Shown: positions 17,983 to 27,725 of the stretch, piece by piece
How positions within the stretch are numbered: the stretch's first letter is position 1
Layout: every line of letters begins with the position of its first letter
From: Archaeoglobus fulgidus DSM 4304
GTDB lineage: Archaea; Halobacteriota; Archaeoglobi; Archaeoglobales; Archaeoglobaceae
DNA: 32,000 nucleotides
Direction of reading: 5' to 3'
Assembly: GCF_000008665.1 (NCBI RefSeq)
Contig: NC_000917.1
Location: forward strand, 1,740,001 to 1,772,000
Program-made: the position numbers and the translations under genes
Notes under the pieces: generated by a model
What the model was told of the DNA's origin: nothing
The model's input: only the letters and a program-made list of their open reading frames with translations
The model's database searches: none

Positions 17983-19407
17983 ATGCTTTCAAAAATTGAA
18001 CTCATGCTGCTCCGTTCTCTCGAAACCGGGAAGACCTACACACCTGAGGAGGCTGCTGAGCTGTCCGGTTTGAGCAAGGATGCTGTTCTTAAAGCTGCCT
18101 ACATGCTTCAGGAGAGGGGGTACGTCAGAGTTATAGAGAACGTGAGAACACACTACAGCCTAACGGAGGAGGGTGAGAGGTACCTTAAAGAGGGGTTGCC
18201 TGAGGAGAAACTCTACTCACTCGTTAAAAGTGGCGTAAACTCAATGGATGAGCTCCGAAAGAGAATGGGCAGGGAATTTCAGATAGCACTGGGTTGGCTG
18301 AGGAGAAAGGGTGCGGTGGAGGTTGAGGGAGATAAAGTCGTTCCCAAGAGGGAGCCGAGCTTCGATGAAAGGGCAGCGCTTCAGGCCATCAAGGAGGGGA
18401 GAGGTGTTGATGAAGGCACTCTGAAAACTCTGATGAAAAGGAAGCTTGTAACAAAGTCAGAAACCAAGCAGGTATACATAGAGGTCATGAAGAAACCGGA
18501 AATTGAGCTTGAGGACATAATCACAGACCTAACTCCAGAAATGCTTCTCGAGGGCACTTGGAGGGGAAAGCAGTTTTTGAAGTATGATATAACAATTCCT
18601 GCAAAGGAGATTTACGGGGGGAAGATACATCCGTATGAGAGAATAATCGAGGAGTGCAGAAAGGTATTCCTCGAAATGGGCTTTACTGAGATAAAGGGTC
18701 ACTACGTCCAGCCGGCTTTCTGGAACTTCGACGCTCTGTTTCAGCCTCAGGACCACCCGGCAAGGGACATGCAGGACACCTTCTACCTAGACCGCTACAT
18801 CGACCTCGAAGGGGAAATCGTGGAGAGGGTTAAAGCAACGCACGAAAACGGCTGGATTACCGGCTCAACGGGATGGGGTGGAGAGTGGAGCCTTGAAAAA
18901 GCCAGACAGCTTGTTCTCAGAACCCACACAACAGCAATAACCATACACTACCTTGCGGAGAACCCGGAACCTCCGCAGAAGGCCTTCTGCATCGACAGGG
19001 TTTACAGAAGGGAGACTATTGACGCCACCCACCTGCCAGAGTTCGACCAGCTCGAAGGAGTTGTCCTCGATAGGGATGTCGGATTCAAGCACCTTCTCGG
19101 CTTACTTAAGGAGTTCTTCACGAAAATGGGGTTTGAGGACGTAAGATTCAGGCCCGGTTACTTCCCCTACACCGAGCCGAGCGTTGAGCCTGAGGTTTAC
19201 GTCGAGGGACTGGGATGGGTTGAGCTTGGTGGGGCAGGAGTTTTCAGAAAAGAGGTGACCGAACCGCTCGGAATCAGAGGCAAGGTTCTAGCATGGGGAC
19301 TTGGTATAGGAAGGCTTGCAATGCTCAAAATCGGACTCAAGGACCTCAGAAGACTTTACCTGCCGGACTTGGGATGGCTGAGAAGCATGCCCGTCGCGAG
19401 AAAGTAA
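17983..19407 (+). CDS. pheS: Phenylalanyl-tRNA synthetase alpha subunit
   Basis: HPARDMQDTFYLD, HENGWITGSTGWGGEWSLEKA, CIDRVYRRETIDATHLPEFDQLEG, EPSVEPEVYVEGLGWVELGGAG, LAWGLGIGRLAM. Confidence 0.97.
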   Translation: MLSKIELMLLRSLETGKTYTPEEAAELSGLSKDAVLKAAYMLQERGYVRVIENVRTHYSLTEEGERYLKEGLPEEKLYSLVKSGVNSMDELRKRMGREFQIALGWLRRKGAVEVEGDKVVPKREPSFDERAALQAIKEGRGVDEGTLKTLMKRKLVTKSETKQVYIEVMKKPEIELEDIITDLTPEMLLEGTWRGKQFLKYDITIPAKEIYGGKIHPYERIIEECRKVFLEMGFTEIKGHYVQPAFWNFDALFQPQDHPARDMQDTFYLDRYIDLEGEIVERVKATHENGWITGSTGWGGEWSLEKARQLVLRTHTTAITIHYLAENPEPPQKAFCIDRVYRRETIDATHLPEFDQLEGVVLDRDVGFKHLLGLLKEFFTKMGFEDVRFRPGYFPYTEPSVEPEVYVEGLGWVELGGAGVFRKEVTEPLGIRGKVLAWGLGIGRLAMLKIGLKDLRRLYLPDLGWLRSMPVARK

Positions 19408-19479
19408 ATTTAATGATTAATTATTTTTCAACAAAATTTAAATTCCTTTTCCTTCAAGACTTGCTGAGGTGAGAAAAAC

Positions 19480-19749
19480 ATGGCAGAACACGTCGTCTAT
19501 GTCGGAAACAAGCCTGTAATGAACTACGTGCTGGCAACACTGACACAGCTGAACGAGGGGGCAGATGAAGTCGTAATTAAGGCGAGAGGCAGGGCCATCA
19601 GCAGAGCAGTGGATGTGGCAGAGATCGTCAGGAACAGATTCATGCCCGGTGTTAAGGTCAAGGAGATTAAGATCGACACCGAGGAGCTCGAATCCGAGCA
19701 GGGAAGAAGGTCTAACGTTTCTACAATTGAAATTGTCCTTGCCAAGTAA
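19480..19749 (+). CDS. albA: Alba family DNA/RNA-binding chromatin protein
   Basis: [52 protein letters not shown]... canonical Alba sequence. Confidence 0.97.
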   Translation: MAEHVVYVGNKPVMNYVLATLTQLNEGADEVVIKARGRAISRAVDVAEIVRNRFMPGVKVKEIKIDTEELESEQGRRSNVSTIEIVLAK

Positions 19750-19795
19750 TCTCTTCTCGGAAAATTTTTAATTTTTTAAGTTCGCAGAACACTCC

Positions 19796-20785
19796 ATGAA
19801 TGTTGGATATCTCTGCACTTACACTCCAAAAGAGCTTATCGACGCTGCGGGCTTCACACCAATAAGGATTTTTGCTGGTGACATGCAAATCAGCCTCGCC
19901 ACAGCACATATTCAGAGTTACGCCTGCTCTCAGGCAAGGGGGAGCCTTGAGAGGGCTCTAAGAGGAGAGCTAGATGTTCAGGCGGTTGTTTTCACGAGGT
20001 GCTGCGACACTCTCATGCGATTAGCCGACATCTGGGAGAGAAACACAGATATGAGAGTTTACAACATCGAATTCCCCACGAGGGTTGAGGAGAGAAGCAA
20101 GGATTACTACTTCAACGAGCTCAAGGACTTCGTCAAAGTTCTCGAAGAGTGGGGCGGTGGTGTTACACTCGAGAGTTTGAGGGAGAGTCTAAAACTTTAT
20201 CACGAGCTTGAAGAGAAGCTTAAAAGGCTTTTCAGCCTCAAGCCTGACTACGAAGCAGCAAAGAGAGTTCAGGAGATGAATGTAAGAGAAGCGATAAAGT
20301 TCGTGGATGAGAGGCTGCGAAAAGCTGAAAGCGAAGGTGGAAAACCGAGGGTTCTGATTACCGGAAGCGTGTGTCCCTTTGTGGAAGTTTACACTCTGTT
20401 CGAGGAGGCGGGTTTTGCCCTTAAAGACGACATCTGCACGGGAACGAGGTTCTTCACCTTCAACACACCGCCGAGAGAAATAGGGTCGGTTGATGAGGGG
20501 TTGAGGTTTCTGGTGGACAAGTACTTTGAAAAAGCCCCCTGCCCGACGAAGCACTTCCCAAATGACGATAGATTCAAATATATCCTTGAAATGGCCAAGG
20601 ATTGCGACGGGGTTGTGTTCCTGCTGCTCAAGTTCTGCGAGCCGCACTTCTACGATTACCCGCAGCTTAAAGAGAGGCTTGAAGAGATGGGCAAGAAAGT
20701 TCTCCTGCTCGAACTTGAATTTCCCATCGCTTCAATCGAGCAGTTGAGGACGAGGATTGAGGCTTTCTACGAGGTGATAGCATGA
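19796..20785 (+). CDS. 2-hydroxyacyl-CoA (2-hydroxyglutaryl-CoA-type) dehydratase subunit, HgdB-like
   Basis: NVGYLCTYTPKELIDAAGFTPIRIFAG, CRDD-like/SVCPFVEVY region and FCEPHFYDYPQLKERLEEMGKKVLLLELEFP. Followed by a second subunit and activator. Confidence 0.88.
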   Translation: MNVGYLCTYTPKELIDAAGFTPIRIFAGDMQISLATAHIQSYACSQARGSLERALRGELDVQAVVFTRCCDTLMRLADIWERNTDMRVYNIEFPTRVEERSKDYYFNELKDFVKVLEEWGGGVTLESLRESLKLYHELEEKLKRLFSLKPDYEAAKRVQEMNVREAIKFVDERLRKAESEGGKPRVLITGSVCPFVEVYTLFEEAGFALKDDICTGTRFFTFNTPPREIGSVDEGLRFLVDKYFEKAPCPTKHFPNDDRFKYILEMAKDCDGVVFLLLKFCEPHFYDYPQLKERLEEMGKKVLLLELEFPIASIEQLRTRIEAFYEVIA

Positions 20786-21957
20786 CTCTGAAGAAGCTGA
20801 GAGCCAACGACAGAATGAAGCAGATCATGGCCGGCTACTACATGATGGGAAACCAGGCTGAGGTTAAAGGGTGGATAACCAGCGGAGCTCCAGTGGAGCT
20901 GCTCTACGCGATGGACATTTATCCAGTTTACCCCGAAAACCACGGTGCTCTGATTGGCGCGGCAAAGCAGGGGCCATACTTCAGCGACTTCGCAGAAAGG
21001 AAGGGGTTTTCGAGAGACCTCTGCTCCTACGCCCGCTGCGACATAGGGTGTGTTTTTGCAGGAACCAGCCCCATCGGAGGGCTGCCAGAGCCGACTTTCC
21101 TCTTCGCCTGCAACAACATCTGCAATACAGTTGTGAAGTGGTACGAGGTGCTGAGCAGGATATTCAAGGTGCCGCTTTTCGTTCTTGACACTCCCTTCGT
21201 GAGGAAGGAGCTCAAGGAAAGCTATGTCAAGTACGTACACGACCAGCTTTACGAGTTTGTTGACTTTCTTGAGAAAACCACAGGAAGAGAGTTGAGCGAC
21301 TCGAAGCTCAGGGATACAGTAATCAAATCGATTCAGGGCGTGAAGGCCTATGCCGAAGTGCTCGGAATGGCCAGACACAAGCCCTCACCGCTGACATGCT
21401 TCGATGCTTTCATAAACATGGCTCCCATAGTCTGTTTAAGGGGAACTGATTACCCAGTGCAGTTCTACGCCGAAATGAAGGAAGAGCTTGAGGAGAGGGT
21501 TAAGAGGGGGGAGGGAGCAATTGAGAACGAGGAAATAAGGCTCCTCTGGGACAACATTCCTGTGTGGTACAGGCTGAAGTGGTTTTCGGAGTTTTTCGCG
21601 GAAAGAAATGCTTGCCTCGTAGCGGACACATACACAAACGCCTGGACGGGATTCATTTCCATCGATAAGAGCGACATCTTCTGGAGCATGGCAGAGACCT
21701 ACACCTTCATCTACCTCAATATAGGACTTGAGCACATGGCCGAGGCCATCAACAGGCTCATAGACTACTATGATGTCGATGGCGCTGTTATACACTCAAA
21801 CAGGAGCTGCAAGCCGTACTCATTCGGCCAGTACGAGCTGCAGAAGATGATAGAGGTTCCATCGGTGATTATAGAGGCTGATATGGTGGACTCAAGAACC
21901 TTCAGCGAGGCTCAGGTTGAGACAAGGCTTGAGGCCTTTCTCGAAATGCTCAGGTGA
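20782..21957 (+). CDS. 2-hydroxyacyl-CoA dehydratase second subunit
   Basis: KGWITSGAPVELLYAMDIYPVYPENHGALIGA, SYARCDIGCVFAG, GAVIHSNRSCKPYSFGQYELQKMI. Overlaps the previous gene by 4 nt. Confidence 0.9.
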   Translation: MTLKKLRANDRMKQIMAGYYMMGNQAEVKGWITSGAPVELLYAMDIYPVYPENHGALIGAAKQGPYFSDFAERKGFSRDLCSYARCDIGCVFAGTSPIGGLPEPTFLFACNNICNTVVKWYEVLSRIFKVPLFVLDTPFVRKELKESYVKYVHDQLYEFVDFLEKTTGRELSDSKLRDTVIKSIQGVKAYAEVLGMARHKPSPLTCFDAFINMAPIVCLRGTDYPVQFYAEMKEELEERVKRGEGAIENEEIRLLWDNIPVWYRLKWFSEFFAERNACLVADTYTNAWTGFISIDKSDIFWSMAETYTFIYLNIGLEHMAEAINRLIDYYDVDGAVIHSNRSCKPYSFGQYELQKMIEVPSVIIEADMVDSRTFSEAQVETRLEAFLEMLR

Positions 21958-21961
21958 ATCC

Positions 21962-22717
21962 ATGATAGCGGCAGGCATCGATATCGGGTCTTTAACTGCA
22001 AAATGCGCCCTGATGAGGGACGGAAAGCTGATAGCCTACAAGGTCATAAAGGTCTCCCCCAATCTGGAGGAAACGGCAGAGAGGGTTTTTCAGGAAACGC
22101 TTAAGGCTGCAGGAATAGGGAGGGAGGAGGTGGAAAGGATTGTCGCAACGGGCTACGGGAGAAACAAGGTCGGATTTGCGGACAAGAAGGTGACGGAGAT
22201 AAGCTGCCACGCAAGGGGGGCGATTTACTTCATTCCAACAGCGAGAACTGTTGTGGACATTGGAGGGCAGGACAGCAAGGTGATTGCCATCGAGAACGGA
22301 AAGGTTGCCGAGTTCGTGATGAACGACAAGTGCGCTGCTGGAACGGGAAGATTCCTTGAAGTCATGGCCGCAGCGCTGAATCTAAAAGTGGAGGAGCTTG
22401 GGGACGTGGCTGAAAGAGCTACCAAAGCCACGAAAATCTCCTCAACATGCACGGTGTTTGCCGAGTCGGAGGTTATCAGCCATCTCGCCTCAGGGGAAAA
22501 GGTTGAGGACATAGTTGCTGGGATACACGAGGCGATAGCGTCGAGAATTGCGGCAATGGCCAGGAGAGTTAAAATAGAGCCGGACATCGTTTTAACCGGA
22601 GGGGTTGCGAAAAACAAGGCGATGAAGAAGGCCCTCGAAAAGGAGTTCGGGATGGAGGTTAAAACACCTCCCGAGCCGCAGATTGTTGGTGCTGTGGGGG
22701 CTGCTCTGCTCGCCTAA
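21962..22717 (+). CDS. hgdC: 2-hydroxyacyl-CoA dehydratase activator (BadF/BadG/HgdC ASKHA ATPase)
   Basis: MIAAGIDIGSLTAKCALM, DIGGQDSKVIAIENGKVAEFVMNDKCAAGTGRFLEVMA, GGVAKNKAMKKALE. Confidence 0.92.
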   Translation: MIAAGIDIGSLTAKCALMRDGKLIAYKVIKVSPNLEETAERVFQETLKAAGIGREEVERIVATGYGRNKVGFADKKVTEISCHARGAIYFIPTARTVVDIGGQDSKVIAIENGKVAEFVMNDKCAAGTGRFLEVMAAALNLKVEELGDVAERATKATKISSTCTVFAESEVISHLASGEKVEDIVAGIHEAIASRIAAMARRVKIEPDIVLTGGVAKNKAMKKALEKEFGMEVKTPPEPQIVGAVGAALLA

Positions 22718-24321
22718 CGCAGTCTGACGAACCCTCCCTCTTTTATTGCGGCTACCATGAACCTCGTGAGCAAGAGGTTCTTTCCTTCGAGGGCCTTTGA
22801 GTTTCCAACAGCGATGAACTTCTTTCTCGCTCTTGTCAGAGCAACGTTGAAGAGCCTTTTTTCCGACGCGAAGTAGGGATTGCCGGTTGCGGTTATCGAG
22901 TAAATCACCACGTCCTTCTCCCTCCCCTGATAGCTGTGAACCGTGCTAACCTCAACCATCACACCGAACTCGGAAAGTATGCCTCTTATAAGCTCAGCCT
23001 GCTTGACGTAGGGCGTTATGACTCCAACGTTCTCCTCTCCCACGCACTCCGCAAGCTCCTCGGCAATCATCGCAACGACCTCTGCCTCCTCCTCATTTAC
23101 CTTCGACCTCCCCTCCCTCCTCTCAACACCGTTGCAGTCGATGAAAACAAGCGGCTTCTCGGGGTCTCCCACCTCGGGAATGGTTGTTTTGCACGGCTCA
23201 ATTTTTATTCTGCGGCATTTCTCGTCAATTTCAAGAAATCCGTAAACGTGCCTTGCCGCAAACTCAGCAATCTTTGCATTGCTTCTGTAATGCCTTCTGA
23301 GCCATAAATTTTTGCCGTAAATATTGATCAGAAAGTTGTAGGCGCTGAACTTTGCTGCCTTGTGCCCTCCAACTTCGTAAACGGGTGGAAGCTGATAGGG
23401 GTCTCCAACAACCACGGCTTTTTCAGCCTTCTCCAGAGCAAGAAGGGCTGTTGAAATGCAGGTGTTGCTCGCCTCATCAATTATCACCGTGTCGAAGTCG
23501 TAGTTTTTCAAGGCGCTCATCATCCCCTTTAAAATTGTCGAACCAACGACGATCTTACCCTTCCTGATCATGTCGTTCTGTATCCTCGCAATCTCTCTGT
23601 AAGCCTCCGCCACCTTTGAAGCGTACTCCCTGTAGTCTGAAAACCTTATCCCAGACAGCAGGTTATACTCAACGCTGTGCCTCCTCACACCAGCCGTTAT
23701 CTTTGACGGATGGCCTATTCTGAGCGCTCTTTCAAGCTTCTCAAGAACGTTGTCAACCGCAATGTTCGTGTTCGACGTCACCCAAACTCTTTCCTCCTCC
23801 GAGAGCTTTCTCGCAGCCTCCGCAATAAAGGTGGTCTTACCGCTGCCCGGTGGGCCTACTACGAGCAATATCTCCCCTTCATCAAGCGAGCAGGTTGCAT
23901 GGTAGCACTTTTTCTGCCACCTGTCGAGGTAGCCCGGAGCGTCCAGCTCCTTGATTTCACCGCTCCAGTAACTGAAATGGAGAATCTCGTCCGCTCTTTC
24001 CGCAGCCTCTCTTCTCAGCATTATGCTCACAACGTTCTCAGCCTCTACAATTGCCTCGCCCTCAAACTCCTCCACTTCCTTCACAGCCAGCAGGTAGGCA
24101 TTTCCGTATCGCCTCGCATCAACGACCCAGCCGATGGGATACGCTGCATCGCCCTCAACCTCAGCAACAGCGCTTCCGGTCCTTATGAATCCCGATGAGC
24201 GCAGCACGGCAATTTCTCCTCTCCTTGCCAAAAGTTCGGCAGAATAGATGTCCCTCTTCAGCATCTTCTGCATCGCAGCCTTCTCAATCCTGTCCAGAAT
24301 TTCAACAAGCTCTTCAATCAT
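22714..24321 (-). CDS. Superfamily 1 (Upf1/IGHMBP2/Dna2-like) helicase
   Basis: LLVVGPPGSGKTTFIAEAARKL, DTVIIDEASN, VVGDPYQLPPVYE, VSTVHSYQGREKDVVIYSIT, FNVALTRARKKFIAVG. ATG at 24321 (MIEELVEILDRIEKAAM) preferred over the track start at 24507. Confidence 0.92.
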   Translation of the reverse strand: MIEELVEILDRIEKAAMQKMLKRDIYSAELLARRGEIAVLRSSGFIRTGSAVAEVEGDAAYPIGWVVDARRYGNAYLLAVKEVEEFEGEAIVEAENVVSIMLRREAAERADEILHFSYWSGEIKELDAPGYLDRWQKKCYHATCSLDEGEILLVVGPPGSGKTTFIAEAARKLSEEERVWVTSNTNIAVDNVLEKLERALRIGHPSKITAGVRRHSVEYNLLSGIRFSDYREYASKVAEAYREIARIQNDMIRKGKIVVGSTILKGMMSALKNYDFDTVIIDEASNTCISTALLALEKAEKAVVVGDPYQLPPVYEVGGHKAAKFSAYNFLINIYGKNLWLRRHYRSNAKIAEFAARHVYGFLEIDEKCRRIKIEPCKTTIPEVGDPEKPLVFIDCNGVERREGRSKVNEEEAEVVAMIAEELAECVGEENVGVITPYVKQAELIRGILSEFGVMVEVSTVHSYQGREKDVVIYSITATGNPYFASEKRLFNVALTRARKKFIAVGNSKALEGKNLLLTRFMVAAIKEGGFVRLR

Positions 24322-25319
24322 ACCAGGTTGCTCAGGTACTTCTCCGCAATTCTCGCAGCTTTCTCCATCTCCTCTCGCGTTAACCTTCTCGCTATCTCTG
24401 GATACTCCCACGCTTTGAAGGTTGGATAGTACTGAAACATCAGGTTGAACCTCGTATCCCTGCCAAGATTCTCGGCCACCCACCTCACAATCGGCTCTGT
24501 GCAGCATTCAATATGATTCGGCATCACCAGATGTCTTATGAGAAGCTCCCCGTTCTCCTTAGCTCTCAAAAAGTTTCTCGTGACAACCTTCCAGTAGTTG
24601 GCAACCTTTGAGTACTTCCTTGCGCACTCATCGTTTCCGTACTTGAAATCCCCAAGCCAGACGTCAACAAAATCCTCAATTACCTCCGCAAGCTCTTCGC
24701 TATGGTACATGTTCGAATTCCACACAACCGGAACGTTCGACTCGACGTAAAGCAGAATTTCAGCAATGGTGTGGGCGTGCTGGTCGGGATTTCCTCCGAC
24801 AAAGTTAACGTTCTTACTCCCCTGCCTTCTCCTAACATCAATGATGTAGGCAAGCTCCCTTGCATCGACGATGTAGTCGTCCTCGTAAACGATGTCGTAG
24901 TTCTGGCAGAAAACGCACGCAAAGGTACACCGGTTGAAGAAGATTGTGTGGGAAGGGACAAGCTCAGGTTCCTCGCCAACATGCAGAAACTCGCTGCTGA
25001 AGTAGCTCGTAACCCCACATTTGCAAAACCCCTTCTTCTCGTACCTGTTCACACCACACCTTCGCTCGCAGAAGTTGCAGCTTTTCAGCATTTCATACAG
25101 AATATCCCTTTTCAGGTGCATGAAAGAGTAATCGGGCTTTTCATCGGGAACATCTCCGCTTTCGAGGACTTTTGCAAATTCCCTTTTCAGTTTGCGGTGA
25201 ATCTCAAGCATTTCATCAAGACTCTCAGCCTTTTCCGCATTAATTCGCTTGGCTATCTGAAATTTGGCCAGCGCCTCTCCCCTGTTTATCGCCTCATACC
25301 TTTCAAGGCCAACCACCAC
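24318..25319 (-). CDS. Radical SAM protein related to pyruvate formate-lyase activating enzymes
   Basis: CNFCERRCGVNRYEKKGFCKCG and NRCTFACVFCQNYDI (CxxxCxxC-type cluster), VNFVGGNPDQHAHTI. ATGA overlap with the helicase gene. Confidence 0.88.
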   Translation of the reverse strand: MVVGLERYEAINRGEALAKFQIAKRINAEKAESLDEMLEIHRKLKREFAKVLESGDVPDEKPDYSFMHLKRDILYEMLKSCNFCERRCGVNRYEKKGFCKCGVTSYFSSEFLHVGEEPELVPSHTIFFNRCTFACVFCQNYDIVYEDDYIVDARELAYIIDVRRRQGSKNVNFVGGNPDQHAHTIAEILLYVESNVPVVWNSNMYHSEELAEVIEDFVDVWLGDFKYGNDECARKYSKVANYWKVVTRNFLRAKENGELLIRHLVMPNHIECCTEPIVRWVAENLGRDTRFNLMFQYYPTFKAWEYPEIARRLTREEMEKAARIAEKYLSNLV

Positions 25320-25522
25320 ATAAAATGTCGAATGTCAAATTAGATAACGGTTTTTGTTCAAAAAATATTCTGTATACGCCATGAATAATTTCGGCCCTCG
25401 GTGGGGCTGAAGCGTCGCCGACTTTTTCCACATTGCCCGCCAAACAGGCAGAGAGTGATGGGCTCGCTGATAGATGCAAACTGCGATGCCGGAGGTCATG
25501 GGGCAAATGTGGTCTGAAACTG

Positions 25523-25859
25523 CTACATCTCCTCCAGCCTGACCCTTTCAACTCCTGCTCTGTCGTAGACGGAATCGGAGCTGATTATCTTCCCCCCGCA
25601 GTAGGCAGCGTGAAAGGCGTCGAAGACTCCGAGACCGTAGTCTCTGATGTATATAGCCGCTTTGAGCGGCCTCTCATCGTCTATTCCGCAGATCGCCATA
25701 ACGCTCGTGAATATCTTCACGATGTCGAGACCGTATCTTTTGGCAACGAGAGTAGGTGGGAAAATAATATAAGCTTTCCCACTCACCACAGCTTTCAATC
25801 TCCTCAAGCAGCCTCTTTTCGCCTTTCAGCGAACCCTCTTCAAATTCCACAAACCTCAT
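25523..25859 (-). pseudogene. Decayed PIN-domain (VapC-like) gene: N-terminal remnant and frameshifted C-terminal part
   Basis: ORF 25674-25859 (MRFVEFEEGSLKGEKRLLEEIES) and overlapping ORF 25523-25807 in another frame ending YGLGVFDAFHAAYCGGKIISSDSVYDRAGVERV, which matches the PIN C-terminal acidic motifs (D-x-x-H-A ... SSD). Confidence 0.55.
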
Positions 25860-25917
25860 TCATTATTCGATTTTAGAGTATAAAAAATGAGTAGGGATAT
25901 AAACCAAAGCATTCAAG

Positions 25918-26013
25918 TCCCGCCTCCCGGATTTGAACCGGGGACCATGGGATCTCCGCCTGCCGCGGAGTGGCGGACTACAGTCCCACGCTCTACCTCT
26001 GAGCTAAGGCGGG
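25918..26013 (-). tRNA. tRNA-Tyr (anticodon GTA) with a 24-nt intron after position 37 (intron 25954-25977)
   Basis: Complement CCCGCCTTAGCTCAGAGGTAGAGCGTGGGACTGTAG[TCCGCCACTCCGCGGCAGGCGGAG]ATCCCATGGTCCCCGGTTCAAATCCGGGAGGCGGGA folds as a cloverleaf once the intron is removed. C1-G72 is the archaeal tRNA-Tyr identity pair. Confidence 0.95.
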
Positions 26014-26065
26014 TTCGATAGCTTACTGAGCGAATCTGCTTAAAAATCTTGTGCCTACCAGCAAA

Positions 26066-26073
26066 GTTTTTAT
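26066..26073 (+). promoter_or_regulatory. Candidate TATA box for the leuC-like gene
   Basis: GTTTTTAT lies 23-30 nt upstream of ATG 26096. Confidence 0.45.
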
Positions 26074-26095
26074 CACCCCCAATTTTGGCTTTAAC

Positions 26096-27352
26096 ATGGC
26101 TCAGACACTGGTAGAAAAGATATTTTCAAAGGCGAGCGGTAAGGAAGTGAAAGCAGGAGAATTCGTAATGGCAAACATCGACCTCGCCATGATTCATGAT
26201 ATAACCGCTCCTCTCGCGATTAAAGCTTTCAGGGAAATTCTCGGCAGTGATGCAAAGGTCTGGGACAAAAGCAAGGTGATTATGGCCTTCGACCATCAGG
26301 TGCCGGCGGACAGCGTGCATGCTGCAGAAAACCACAAGATGCTGAGGAAGTTTGCTGAGGAGCAGGGGATTCTGAACTACGATGTTAAAGGGGGAATTGC
26401 CCACCAGATAATGGTTGAAAACCACGTTGAGCCCGGAATGCTGATTGTTGGGGCCGACAGCCACACGTGCATGTATGGGGCTTTGGGAGCTTTCGCCACA
26501 GGTATAGGCTCAACAGACATGGGCTTCGTTTTGGCGATGGGAAAGCTGTGGTTCAAGGTTCCAGAGTCAATCAGATTCAACGTCCACGGTAAGCTGGAAA
26601 AGCACGTTTACGGCAAGGACATAGTGCTCAAGCTCATCGGAATGGTTGGGGCTGATGGAGCGAACTACAAGGCCTGCATCTACAGCGGAGAGGTTGTGGA
26701 AAAGCTTGGAATGTCTGATAGGCTGACCATGTGCAACATGGCCATTGAAATGGGAGGCAAGGCTGGAATTGTGGAGCCCGACAAAACAACGCTTGAATAT
26801 TTGAAGGCAATGGGCAGGCCCTATGAGGGAGAGCTGCTGAAAAGCGATGAGGATGCTGAATTTCAGGAAGTTGAGCTTGATGTGACTGGAATGGAGCCTC
26901 AGGTCGCTGCCCCGCACAGAGTTGACAACGTGGTTGGAATATCGGAGGTTGAGGGGACGAGGGTTGATCAGGTTTTCATCGGCTCCTGCACCAACGGCAG
27001 ATACGAGGATTTGAAGATTGCGGCTGAGATACTAAAGGGAGAGAAGGTTGCGTCAAATGTCAGATTAATAGTCATTCCTGCAAGCCACAGGGAGTACAGG
27101 AGGGCCTTGAAGGAAGGGCTGATTGAGATATTCGTTGACGCTGGAGCGCTGGTTGAGGCCCCGTGCTGCGGGCCGTGCATGGGAGGAAGCTTTGGTTTGA
27201 TTGCAAGCGGAGAGGTTAGTGTGTCAACCTCCAACAGGAACTTCATCGGCAGGCAGGGAAGTCCTGAGGGCAAAATCTACCTTGTGAATCCTGCAGTAGC
27301 GGCAGCAACGGCAATCTACGGAGAAATTACCGACCCGAGAAAAATAAAGTAA
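26096..27352 (+). CDS. leuC: 3-isopropylmalate dehydratase / homoaconitase large subunit (LeuC family)
   Basis: [92 protein letters not shown] at 26096 preferred over GTG 26051. Homoaconitase versus IPM isomerase cannot be distinguished from sequence alone. Confidence 0.93.
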   Translation: MAQTLVEKIFSKASGKEVKAGEFVMANIDLAMIHDITAPLAIKAFREILGSDAKVWDKSKVIMAFDHQVPADSVHAAENHKMLRKFAEEQGILNYDVKGGIAHQIMVENHVEPGMLIVGADSHTCMYGALGAFATGIGSTDMGFVLAMGKLWFKVPESIRFNVHGKLEKHVYGKDIVLKLIGMVGADGANYKACIYSGEVVEKLGMSDRLTMCNMAIEMGGKAGIVEPDKTTLEYLKAMGRPYEGELLKSDEDAEFQEVELDVTGMEPQVAAPHRVDNVVGISEVEGTRVDQVFIGSCTNGRYEDLKIAAEILKGEKVASNVRLIVIPASHREYRRALKEGLIEIFVDAGALVEAPCCGPCMGGSFGLIASGEVSVSTSNRNFIGRQGSPEGKIYLVNPAVAAATAIYGEITDPRKIK

Positions 27353-27682
27353 TCAGAAAACCATGGGCGTAAAGCCTTCATCAATGAGTCTGTTCACCAG
27401 CTCACCAATATACTCAAGCCTCGTAAAGTCCAGCTTGTCGGCATATCCCTTCATGTCCGCAACGAATTTGCAGGCGAGGGGCTTGTATTCGCCAAGCTGG
27501 CTCAAAACGAGATTTCTGAACTCCTCGTCCTCCACAAGCAAGTCCTCTGAAGGGCCGAAAAAGATTATCTCCACCTTCTCAGCCCAGCCGAACTTCATTG
27601 AGTTCGCCGCAAAAACCAGCCCAGCAACGGCCTTCTCCCTTGCCTCCTTTCCGCTCACGATCAAAACAAGAAGCTTCGCCAT
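27353..27682 (-). CDS. DsrE-like small protein (109 aa)
   Basis: MAKLLVLIVSGKEAREKAVAGLVFAANSMKFGWAEKVEIIFFGPSEDLLVEDEEF resembles DsrE/DsrF-like small proteins. Confidence 0.6.
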   Translation of the reverse strand: MAKLLVLIVSGKEAREKAVAGLVFAANSMKFGWAEKVEIIFFGPSEDLLVEDEEFRNLVLSQLGEYKPLACKFVADMKGYADKLDFTRLEYIGELVNRLIDEGFTPMVF

Positions 27683-27725
27683 ACGTAAAGTTAATAAATA
27701 ATTAAAAAATTTTCTGGTTGATTGG

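Noticed and set aside
23710-24383. Plus-strand ORFs within the helicase gene region
   Set aside because: Antisense to a helicase ORF with clear Walker A and other SF1 motifs; no independent support.
25433-25876. 147-aa plus-strand ORF opposite the PIN remnant
   Set aside because: No recognisable motif, and it lies antisense to a better-supported PIN-like sequence.
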